Positions 1 to 12,033 of a stretch of DNA of 64,000 nt are shown here, one piece after another (position 1 is the first letter of the stretch; each line of letters begins with the position of its first letter). The stretch comes from the human T2T-CHM13v2.0 reference genome, Homo sapiens. The stretch lies in NCBI RefSeq assembly GCF_009914755.1, contig NC_060927.1; one strand, written 5' to 3'. A program made the translations under genes and the position numbers. Below the pieces are notes generated by a model that was not told the origin of the DNA, searched no databases, and worked only from the letters and a program-made list of their open reading frames with translations.

Positions 1-824
1 TGTGAATGGACTCAGTACTTGGCTGGAAAGATGCATAAAGCTCAGGAGAAAAGTTAGAATGAAGTATACCTAGCCCTACAGAAGACATAACTGAAGAAGT
101 GAGGTGAATGAGTGGAAAGTGCCTTCTCATGGAGTGGCACACAGCAAATCCCTTAGAATCTTCTCTGAGCACCTCCATTTACCCCATTAGCCAGTCCTTC
201 CACCCAGATGTACTGAGCACCTGTGGTGTGTCAGGCACCAGGCTATGAGTAAGGATACAAGATGAACCACAGCTGGTGACCTCCAGGAGCACAGTGCCTA
301 GCAGGACACTACCCTTACGACCACAGCACAAGCACAGGTTGCCAAGCACGTGTTCATCTGCCTACAGCCTCATCAGATGAGTAGAGAAGGGCTTCTCTGT
401 CCATTTAAAGGTGCACAATCTGAGACCTGGAGATACCACGTCACATAGCAGAAGACAGTGCTGAAGCTAGCCCCCAAACCCGGGGCATCTTCCTGGTGTT
501 TCCCACAGCCTCAGATGACATTCCATGTAGTCTGACCCCAGGAAAGGGGAACAGCACTCGGTATCCAGGGGCCCTGAAGCAGACAGATGGCAGTGATCAC
601 AGGCCAGATAAAGGTAGGACATTCACTCCTGCTCCCCATTGGACCCTCAGACTAAAGAGGACAGCCTTAAAGGACTCTAGAGAAGCAGGTGGGCAGATGA
701 GGGAACCAATGTGTATCCATTCTTCCTGCCTATGTCAGGCCGTTCACCTTCCTATGCCATCACCATCCTCCACCAGGATAGGTAGTGATGAGAACTCTGG
801 CTGATGCTGGCTCTACTACTTGGA

Positions 825-1114
825 TTTTTTTTTTAGACGAAGTCTTGCTCTTGTTGCCTAGGCTGGAGTGCAGTGGTATGATCTCAGCTCACTGCAACCT
901 CTGCTCCTGGGTTCAAGTGATTCTCTTGCCCCAGCCTCCCGAGTAGCTGGGATTACAGGAGGCTGCCATCACACCTGGATAATTTTGGGATTTTTAGTAG
1001 AGATGGGGTTTCACCACGTTGGTCAGGCTGGTCCTGAACCCTGACCTCAGGTGATCCACCCGCCTTGGCCTCCCAAAGTGCTGGGATTACAAGCGTGAAC
1101 CACGGTGCCCAGCC
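825..1114 (-). mobile_element. AluS (Sq/Sx-like)
   Basis: Antisense Alu dimer with poly-T; degenerate TSD acYacttgg. Confidence 0.93.
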
Positions 1115-1737
1115 ACCACTTGGCATCTTAGGCCAGAGTTTCCTCTTCAGTCCAATGCAAAGGTCAAGTGGACCTGACCCTTAGTCCTAACACCCTGTGA
1201 TTCCAGAACTAGGAAGTGAGCTACAATATATGAGGCATGAAAAGAGAACACAAAGCCCCAGAAACCCAAAAGTCTTCTACGGGCCTCTGGGCTTTCACTC
1301 TGGCCACCCAATTGCCTCTTAATATTTTTGATCGAGTATAAAATAAAACAATTTCAGATGTTTCAGAAATATTATTGGCAGCAGAGGGAAAACAAGGCCA
1401 GAATGAAAACCACCCCCAAAATAAACCTCAGGACAAGCACACCTGCATGTTTGGGAGTGCGCTGCAAGGTCAAAGGTGTTGTGCCAGGGCCCAGCAAGGA
1501 AGGAGCTAACAGCCTTCAGACACCGGAGCCAAATGTTCCTGCCTTCCTCTCTCCTGGCAAATGCTTACCCTCCCTTCCTCCTCTCCATTTTTGAGGCCTT
1601 CCTGCATCACTCTAGCCCCTGAATTTCTTGTCATCCTTTAATTCTGTTAATGAAACTTGGAAATTGCATGTTGTCCCTGTTTTCTAATTACCTATGTGTT
1701 AGCTCTCTTGCTACCCACCCAGAGTCTCTTAGCATAG

Positions 1738-2082
<345 letters not shown>

Positions 2083-2249
2083 CACATTTACCTTTGTTTT
2101 ATAAGCCTCTACAGAGCTCAATAGAAAGTAGACATCATTAGTGTCTGCTGGTTGATTTACAAGTCATTATATAGACCTGGAGAACACTGCCCGGTATATA
2201 TAATAAAAGCTATTCTTTGTTTTGTGCCTATTTATATTCCTATATTCAT

Positions 2250-2375
2250 TTAATTTTTATAACCGCCCTCATTGTCAGATGACAAAACTCAAGTCAGCTC
2301 ACAGAGGTTAAAACCCATGCCCAAGAACACCCAGCCAGTAAGTGAATGGGATGGAACTGAACCCAAGTTTAACAC
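2250..2375 (-). mobile_element. MIR fragment
   Basis: MIR core-like cattgtcagatgacaaaact...cagaggttaa...gcccaag...cagccagtaagtg. Confidence 0.6.
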
Positions 2376-4268
2376 CAAAGATCACATTCTGCCTGGCTGC
2401 CTCCTCCTGCCAGAAACCTGAATGAGACCTACTATACATCAGAAATCCTCATCTCTGAAAACAAGAAAGGTAAACAGCATCCTCAACTATAAAAGCCCCA
2501 AGTTGCAGGTGTTCGGTTCCCCCAAAGATTATGAGAAATAACCCATAAGGTCCTGGATTAACAAATTAGCATCAGATCTGAGCGCCCAGAGCCAAGGGAA
2601 AAAAAATCAAGAAGCAGGTCTGAAAGAAAAGGAAATCCTCTCCTCATCCCTTTTCTTTTGTCTCCAAAGGGGCTTTCTGTCTCCAGAGGGCTCTGCACTG
2701 AAGACCCAGGGAAGGAGAGGAGCAGAGGGTGGAAGGGGGGCAAGGAAGTACCAACAGAGGGGGGATGGGGACAACGTGGGAAATCTAAGAAGCTGGATCT
2801 ACACAAAAATTTCCACAGCTCCCTAGTGGGGTGCCCATTCACCCTCAGACACTGAAGTACAGTGAGCAGGAGGGCAGGGAAAAGAAGGTGGTGGGAGCAT
2901 CTGGAAACACAGCCTTACCTTCCAGCCCATGAGGCAGCAACTGTTGCTGGCTCTCCTCCTGCTCCAGCTGACTGGGCTGGCTGTCAGTAAATTTCATGGG
3001 GGCTGCAGCCCTCACACACCAGGTGCATGCAACAAGGAGGAGGGATGCACCTGCTGGCCCGCAGTGCAAATACGGAGGTCCACCCACCTTGAGTTTGTGA
3101 GGGGAATGCATTTGCTCAACCTGTTGGCATCAAACGAATGGAAAAGTGTGCAGCCAAAACTCAAGGAAGAATAAAGAGAATCCATCTGCAGAATGGTGCA
3201 GGTGGGAGAGGGGCGTGGCTTGTATGGGCACTGCTTCCCCGCACAACCATGTCTGCCTGCTTGTAAGGTAGGAGGCTGGGGGAGCACAGGGAAGAGATAG
3301 AAGTCACATGGCATAGGAGCTCATCACAGTGACATCGTTCTGTCCCACTCTGGCTCACTGCTGGACGGTTCCTTGATTCTGAGCACTCAGGCCACCCAAT
3401 AGACCCTGCTCAGGCCTAAGCATCCGCATGGACATTTTCCATGCAAATGGCCCTGCCTCATGTCCTCTGCATGCACCCTCTGCTGGCCAAGTTGAGCGAG
3501 GACATTGTCTTTTGTTGGGAAAGGATACTTTTTAAGTGTTGTTTCTAAATTTTACTACATTTGCTGAAAAGACAGGACAGGAAGCTTTTAAGAATGAACA
3601 ATCTCCCAGCCTGTGTGGGTTGGTTTGAGCTGTGAGAGGTGCAGCTGGGCTTCCAAGTAGGCTTATATTTCCAGACTCCCAAGTATTGTTCTCAGAAAGA
3701 TACTAAATAAGACACCCCATACTCATGGGACACTGTACCCATGTCCCCAAGCAAGGCTGCATTCTGAAACCCCCACCCCACCTTATGAACTTCCTAAAAG
3801 ACAGACAAGCCAACTAGTTGTGTTTCAAACTCTAGGCTCATCTTATATTTTGAGGATAAAAGCAAGGGGTCATTCTCAAAGACACTGAGTATATGGTGAC
3901 CCCAGCGCATTCACAATCTATGCCTCTGAGACCAGCAAAGATCTCCCTAGCCAGAGACCCAGAACCTTTCCCCACCCTTGGAACTCAAAGGCCTCTCCCC
4001 TCTGCACCATCTGGGTCACCTCCTTCTCTGACAAGCCTTCTCAGCAGATTACCCCCGCCACCTGCCAGCCAGGAGCCCCTCCTCTGCAGTGACTGTAGCT
4101 GTCTGTCTACCATTTTCAGGCAGCAGGTGGGGCCACCTGGCCTTACCAGTTAGCCTAGGAATGTTCCAAGGCCTAGTCTGCTCTGCATATGTTTTCTAAG
4201 ATCTGGCCCCTGGGGAAGCAGCCCCTGATGAAGGGGTGAGCAAACCTCACACAAACAGCAACTACTCT

Positions 4269-4568
4269 GGCTGGGTGCAGTGGCTCATGCCTGTAACCCA
4301 GCACTTTGGGAGGCAGAGGTGGGCGATCACTTGAGCCCATTAGACTAGTATGGACAACATGGTAGGACCCCATCTCTACAAAAAATCCAAAAAACTAGCC
4401 AGGTGTGGTGGCACACACCTGTAGTCCCTGCTACTCAGGAGGCTGAGGTGGAGGATTCCTTGAGCCTGGTAGGTCAAGGTTGCAGTGAGCTGAGATCATG
4501 CCACTGTACTCCAGCCTGGGCAACAGAGCCAGACCCTGTCTCAAAATAAAAAATAAAAATAAAAATAA
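4269..4568 (+). mobile_element. AluJ
   Basis: Alu dimer with J-type ttgagccc/ggtcaaggttgcag/gaccctgtctc and A-rich tail. Confidence 0.9.
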
Positions 4569-5759
4569 GACAAGGAAACATCTACAATGCTGCAGCTACC
4601 CTCCTCCTCAGCTAGCCAGTTATTACACAAAAGAAACTGAACATGGGAGATAAACCAGCATAAATGCTTCCCCACTGTGGGGTGGTTCTCCAAGCTCATG
4701 CTTAGCTGCAAATGAGGTCCAGCATCCTTTGTATCATCAGTGAACAATGAGACAGACCTGCACATCTTGGCAAAAAAAGCTCTTGTGCATGTCCCCAGAG
4801 TACCCGCTACCCAATCCAGCATCCAGAGTCCAACCACTCCGGACCCAGGACCAACTGCTCAGGTTCCTCCCAGACCCAAGGCTCCTGGCCCACTGAGAGT
4901 GGGAGAAAAAGGGGTAACCTCACTCTGGGCAGGAAGGAAAATTCCATGCTGCCCTAGAGCACTGTGGTGCCAGCAGCATCATCCTCCACAGTCCCACAGT
5001 GTGCAGGCGGGGAAGAGACTAAGAGAATCACAGAAGAGAGAAGGAGGTCAAGAATTTAAGAGAAAAGAAAACAGTTCTATTAGAACCCTAAATGCCTTGT
5101 AGGAACCTAGTAAAGTCACCAGATGCACCTACACTTCTCCCAGAGACTTGCATTGTTGATTCCTGATTCTTTGAAGTGTGGGCGGGGTTCCCCAAATGGT
5201 CCTCCTAAGCCCACCATCTGGAAATAATTTATTGATAAGTGCATTTTGACAAAAAGTATTCCATTCAGGTGGAGAAGAACACAGCCTCTCTTGGAAGGGG
5301 GATGCAGCTCCAGGGCAGGCTCTCAAAGGCTGTGGGGTGGGCGGGTCATTGCATATACTCTGGTCTTTGCACTTGGGGAGAGGAGGGATGGTAAAAACCA
5401 ACGGCCTGAGGTCTGGCATCATGCCCACTGCCCAGGTGTTTCCCTACACCCACCCAGCTCCCTGAATCACAACAGCTAATTTTACTCCCTCTAGACTCTA
5501 GTAGAGCTGGGTCTTCTCCTTCTGGCTACGAAATAGAAAGTGCCCCGCACCCCAACACACACACCCCAATCTAAAAAAAAAATATATCCTTGAAACCATT
5601 TCCCCATCAGCCCATCTTCACATCTGCAATGCCACTCCTAGAAATTCAGTCCTTTGGGTCTTGAAGGGTTTTAGTTCCATAAGTTCCAGGGAGGGGTCTA
5701 CCTCAACCATTGACAACTCACATCTCCTGAGAAGTTTATCCAAAACTTTCCAACTGCAA

Positions 5760-6920
5760 TCATCGGCGAACAAGGTCCCTCAACAATGGGACCCCAGTTA
5801 ACGCGAAGGAGGCAGAGCGAGGTAAGGAGCTTAAATGAGGAGTATGGAGTAGGAACAAGTCTGCAAAGCCCGCGCCCCAGCTTCGCCTGGGATGGCCAGG
5901 TCTGGCACTCGCGGGCCGCCTTCCCCGCCCTACCTTCCCGGAATCACATTTGGGCTGGAAGGACCTTCACGTGGCACCCCCTTCCCAGAGGCCGTCACCG
6001 AGTCCTCTAGCGAGGGTCTGGGAGCTGGGAGAAGGGTCCGCTTCTCCTCCGCCCCTCAAATCAAAGGCACCCCCTTCGGATGATTCCTAGAAAGGCAATC
6101 GCATCAGTGTCCCCAAGCACTTCATCTCCCCAAAAGAAAACTCGTGCAGCCTGGCGTCACTGGGGTCGTCTCCTTACGCCCCTGACTCCTCGCCGCACCC
6201 CGGGGCCCCTCTCCATTAGGGGAGTCGGGAGGCACAGACGGTGGGGGTCCCAGCCCCCACCCAGAACTCCCACCCTCGGAGCCTTGACTTCCAGGGCCCG
6301 CGCCTGGACAAAAGCATGGGGCGGGCTCACTCACCCGCGCGGCGAAGGCGGCCCGGGAGCCGGGGCACCGGCGCTCGGCGGGGCGCCCCGGCCGCAGGCG
6401 CACAGCGCGGGCTCCGAGCTCGCTCAGCGCCCTGCTGCCGACCGGGCGGCGCGGGGAGCCCGCGAGGCGCGTCCGGGACTGGGCAGGGCGGGGCGGGGCG
6501 GGGCGGGGCGGGGCGGGGCGGGGGTGAGCGAACCGGCGAGAGAGAGAGCAAGTGGGAGAGCGGAGAGCGGACGCGCGCTGAGGAGAGCGAGTGAGAGCGC
6601 GGCGCTACGGGGTCAGGACTCAAACCACCCGCTCCAGCCCCCATGCACTGATTTGCATGACATTTGCATAGCGCTCGGGGAGTGGACCTGCTGCCCTTCC
6701 CGCCACGCCCACCCGCCTTCTGCCTCGGAGTCCGGAGCGGAGAATCCGCAGCCAAACCTAGCGCCAGACCCGGGCCCCCCTCGCACTTATCCTGCACCGC
6801 CCCAGTTAACTCCTCGCAGGCGGCGGTCAGCGGGCTGGTACTGTCTTGGTGCGTGTCTTAGTCCTACACTGGGAGACCTAGGCCTTAGGTCGGGGTCTGA
6901 TGCTAGCTTCGTGAGCGTGC
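5760..6920 (-). promoter_or_regulatory. MYLK: CpG-island promoter of MYLK with tandem Sp/KLF GC boxes
   Basis: Only extended CpG-dense non-Alu segment in the window. (GGGCG)7 at 6486-6520, E-box CACGTG at 5968-5973, two ATTTGCAT octamers at 6651 and 6662, no obvious TATA box. Confidence 0.88.
6335..6470 (-). other. MYLK: MYLK non-coding first exon (5'UTR of the long isoform); TSS approximate
   Basis: Strong donor CGG|GTGAGT (intron starts at 6334) inside a CpG island, just downstream of a GC-box array. Identity from recalled MYLK 5'UTR and gene order downstream of CCDC14; no MYLK coding sequence recognised in the window. Confidence 0.8.
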
Positions 6921-8374
6921 ATGAGACACTGGCTGCCTCTGGGCCTCAGTTTTCTAATCTGTAAAATGAAGATGTCAGCGGAACCATGGGGCTAAAGTTT
7001 TAGTGCTGGAAGGTTGTCTATGTAGTTTTTTTCAGACATCCTCCAGTGGTGCAACTCAGCCCCATGGTTCCTCTGACATCCTCCCTTTGTGTGTGTTAAG
7101 AATCTCTCATTGGTTTGGAAGATACCTACAAAGTTCTTTAAATTAAAAAAGGGGAAAGGGGAGGGGGGGGAGGGGAGGGGGAGGAGGTGTTTCTGGTTTT
7201 GGCTTGCTTTATATTTAGTTTGCACCCAATATGAAATATTTTATAGCTTCTGATCTCTTCACTTGGACCTTCTTTTGTTTTTTTAAAAAAAACTGTTTAC
7301 TGCAGGTTAAGGAGTGTTTTTAAAAATTTTTTAATTGTAAAATAAAACATAAATACAGAAAACCACAAAAAACAAATATATAGATATATAGACTAGTGAA
7401 TTATTATAAAGGGAACATCCTTGTAATCACCACCTGGATCAAGAAATAGAACTCTGCCAGCCACCCCAGGAGCCTCTCCATGTGCCCTACCTCAATGACA
7501 ACCCCCTTTCTCCCTCCTCCCAAAAGTAACCACTAACCTGACTTTCATGTAGTCACTTCTGCTGCTTTTGTTTTTCTTGGTATCTTCCAAGGGTGCACCT
7601 TACCCCTCCCCCCACTCTTTTTTTTTTTTAATTTGATTTGCCTTTTCAGTCTTTTCCTTACAATTATTTGTTAAATAACTTAAGCCCTTGATCTGTGAGG
7701 TTTTCCAGAGTCTGGGGGTTGCACATTCATGAGGCAATTCAGCATGTTTCTCTGTCCTCTGTATTGACAGCAAGTTGGCAGCTGATCCAGGGTCTTCCTC
7801 AGACTGAAGTTTGATGTCTTTTGTAAGATTATAGATGGTTGTGTGTTCTTTTCTTCAAGAGGTACATGATCATGATGTCTGGTGTTTGCTCTTTTTTGAG
7901 GTTAACAGCCGTCGATGCTCAATTCCTAGATTCATTAATTAATTGAAGTTTGCAAAATCATGGTATTCTAATAATTTTGTTTTCATTTATTAGTTCATAA
8001 GTGGATAAGGAGATGCTTCCTCTCATCTACTATTTGATTACCCTGAGATAGGAAAGGCACGATGAATACCTGCTTTTTTTAAAAAAAATTACCCAGTTTT
8101 CAAGTTAAGGAATTGATTCTCTGTCATTCTTAGATTTCTTTAATATCATTATAAATTCATGAATTTAAATATATTTGATAGGTTTCCATCTACGATATTA
8201 GAGCTCAAATTGTCCCATCTTTGGCCAGTAGGAGTTTCTTCAATATGGCTCCTGGCTCCTTTTGATAAGATTCTAGTAGTCTTTTTTTTTTTCTCTCTCT
8301 CTCTCTCTCACTAGTGTGCAAAGAGCTTCAAAGACCCTAGAAGTCTTTGATAGCTTCCTTGCTATCTGATATGA

Positions 8375-8827
<453 letters not shown>

Positions 8828-9576
8828 AGAAGCTCTAGTTTCTTTTGTTGAAATTTTAAGATAACAATATGAGCACTAGGAGTATTCATTGTTACTAGGT
8901 TGGTAACTGTTTCTAGGCCTTTTCAATAGACAGAGCTACTAAAGAATACTTCATTTTTTTATATTCTAGAGAAATATTATTCTTCATAATATTTTCATCA
9001 GTTTATATTATTTCCAATTTAATTTCAGGACTGTAGTTTTTACTTAACATATATTACATTAGGACCTCTTTTCTTTCATGTAGAGAATTCTGGTTCTCAA
9101 GGACAAAAGGGAGGATGAAATTAGAATATCCCAATTTACTAATTTGCTTTAGTTTGCATTAAACATATAATAATAATCTCAGAATAACAATATTAATACT
9201 ACCATCATCAGTTTTGATTCTTGAAAACAGTTTTTTTTGCATATGCTATCCATCTTTTATAGTTATACTCTATCTAAATTATCAGCTTCTATAGCCATCT
9301 ATACCATAATCTTCCTATTTAACCCTAATTTAGTCTTAATTTTACAGTTCTACAATTCTAATCCTAATTAAAGTTCAAATATATATTTAATGCTTACCAT
9401 TAGTTCCTTATGTTTATGTATCTTTAGTCATTTTGGTTGTCTGAAAGCTTGTCCTCTACTAGATTCCTTAGGAAGGGCTCATGGAAAGAATATGCTCTGA
9501 GTTCTTGCATGTTGCTTACAGTTTGTTCATGCCATTTTACTTGAAGGTCAATTTTGTTGGATTCAAACTACTTGGT

Positions 9577-9762
9577 GTCTTGGTCCAGCTGGGTTGCTAT
9601 AACAACAACAACAACAAAAAAACACAAAATAAGTGGCTTATAAACAAGAAACATTATTTCTTATAGTTCTGGGGGCTGGGAAGTCCAAGATCAAGGCTCC
9701 AACAGATTCAGTATCTGTTGAGAGCCCTCTTTCTGGTTTGTAGACGGCACCTTCTCACTTTG
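9577..9762 (-). mobile_element. MLT1 (MaLR) LTR fragment
   Basis: tgctataaca...gttctgggggctgggaagtccaagatcaagg is typical of MLT1A/B. Confidence 0.75.
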
Positions 9763-11257
9763 CCTAGATGCCCAAATAACTTTATCTTTTTCTTTCAAAT
9801 CCAGTAATTTTATTAGAATGTTTGTTGGTCATTCTAGTTTGAAAGTAAACAGTGTGTATTTCTTTCAAAATGTGGTTTCAAATACATATATTTTGTTAAT
9901 TTCAGGAAAATTTTCTTCAATTAAAGTCTTAAATATTTGTTCTGTTTTGGATTGCTTTAGACTGCTTCTCTGGAGACTTCTATTATCTGCATATTGAACC
10001 TTTTTTGTCTATCTTCAACATTTGTCACTTTCCCTTAAATCTTTTTAATTTCTTTCTTCATTTGTTTTTAAGTTTATAAATTTCCCTCCTTTTTACCTTA
10101 TTTTCTTTTAAGTTTTTATTAGTTATATTTATGTGTTCTTGTGTTCCTTATAGGTCAATCTTTATTTCTCAAATGCTTTTTAAAATGTTTAATTCCAAAA
10201 AAAAATAAAAAATAAAACGTTTAATTCTTCTGTGGGTTCTGTTCTAATTTCTGAGTTTCTCTAATTCTGATGTATGTTGTTCTTTCATGTTTCATGTCAC
10301 TCAGTGTGTATTAGCTTTTCTAGGACATTATAGCTTTAATTTTTTTGAGAATATCTTTCTGGAGGTTATTATGATCTTTATTCACTTTGTTGTAGTAGCT
10401 ATATGAGAGTTGACCTTAGTATTTTTTTTGTTGATCATTTTTACATGAATTTTGTTTTCTTGAACTTTTAAAAGGAGATTTGGTCCAGACAGTTTTTCAA
10501 ACTTCACAAAGCTTTCCCGTTTGTTGTTTCTGAGTAGTGTCAAAAAATATATATGGTGGCTGGACTTCTAAGATTTCCTGGCTCTGTTTCCCTCACTCAC
10601 TTTTATCTGGCTCTTCTTTTTCTTTCAACTTGCATTAGTCAGTTTTCACACTGCTATAAAGAGCTACCTGAAACTGGGTAATTTATGAAGAAAAGAGATT
10701 TAATTGACTGACAGTTCCTCAGGCTTAACAGGAAGGATGACTAGGGAGCCTCAGGAAACTTACAATCATAGCAGAAGGTGAAGGGGAACCAAGTGCTTTC
10801 TTCATATAGTGGCAGGAGAAAGAGAGAATGCAGGGGGAAGTGCCATACACTTTTAAACCATCAGATCTTGTGAGAACTCACTTATTATCATGAGAACAGC
10901 AAGGGGGAAATCCACCCCCATGATCCATGATTTAATCACTTCTCACCAGGCCCCTCCTCCAATTCAACATGAGATTTGGGTGGGGACACAAATCCAAATC
11001 ATATAATTCCACCCCAACCCCTCTCAAATTTCATGTCCTGCTCACATTGCAAAATATAATTATCCCTTCTCAATAGTCTCCCAATCTTAACTCATTTCAA
11101 CATTAACTCAAAAATCCACAGTCTAAAGTCTCATCTGAGACAAATAAATCCCTTCTGCCTATGAACATGTAAAATCAAAAACAACTTAGTTACTTCCAAG
11201 ATGCAAGGGGGATATAGGCATTGGGTAAATGCTACCATTCCAAAAGGGAGAAATTGC

Positions 11258-11550
11258 AGCCAGGTGCAGTGGCTCACACCTGAAATCCCAACAATTTGGG
11301 AGGCCAAGGCAGGTGGATTACTTGAGGTCAGGAGTTCAAGACCAGCCTGGGCAACATGGTGAAACCCTGTCTCTACTAAAAATATTTTTAAAATTAGCCA
11401 AGTGTGGTGGCACGTGCCTGTAATCCCAGCTACTTGGAGGCTGAGGCAGGAGGATTGCTTGCACTGAGGAGGTAGAGGCTGCAGTGAGCCAAGATCGTGA
11501 TACTGCACTCCTGTCTGGGCAACAGAGGGAGACACAATCTCAAATAAAAA
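11258..11550 (+). mobile_element. AluS inserted in the THE1D internal region
   Basis: Alu dimer; TSD aaaagggagaaattg. Confidence 0.93.
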
Positions 11551-12033
11551 AAAGGGAGAAATTGACCAAAACAAAGGGGCTACAGGCCTCATGCAAATCC
11601 AAAACTCAGCAGGGAAGTCATTAAATCTTAAAGCTCTAAAATAATCTCTTTTGAATTCATGTCTCACATCCAGGGCATGCTGATGCAAGGATGCTCTTCC
11701 AAGTCCTTGGGCAGCTCCACCCCAGTGGGTCTGCAGGGTATAGCCCCTGTGGCTACTTTCACAGGCTGGCATTGAGTGCCTGCAGCTTTTCCAGGTGCAT
11801 GGTGCAAACTGTTGGTGGATCTACCATTCTGGGGTCTGAAGGATGGTGGCCTGCTTCTCACAGCTCCACTAGGCAGTGCCACAGTGGGGACTCTGTGTGG
11901 GGGCTCCAACTCCACATTTCCCCTCCACACAAACCTAGTGGAGGTTCTCCATAAGGCCTCTGCCCCTGCAGCAGACTTCTGCCTGGACACCCAGGCATTT
12001 CCATACATCCTCTGAAATCTAGGTGGAGGTTCA

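Noticed and set aside
3433-3448. Possible SOX-OCT composite around ATGCAAAT (3441-3448)
   Set aside because: The upstream bases do not match the CATTGT SOX half-site, and a lone octamer is expected by chance.
6080-6964. 294-aa ORF and overlapping ORFs on both strands
   Set aside because: G/A/R/P-rich low-complexity translations caused by stop-codon scarcity in the CpG island; no recognisable domain.
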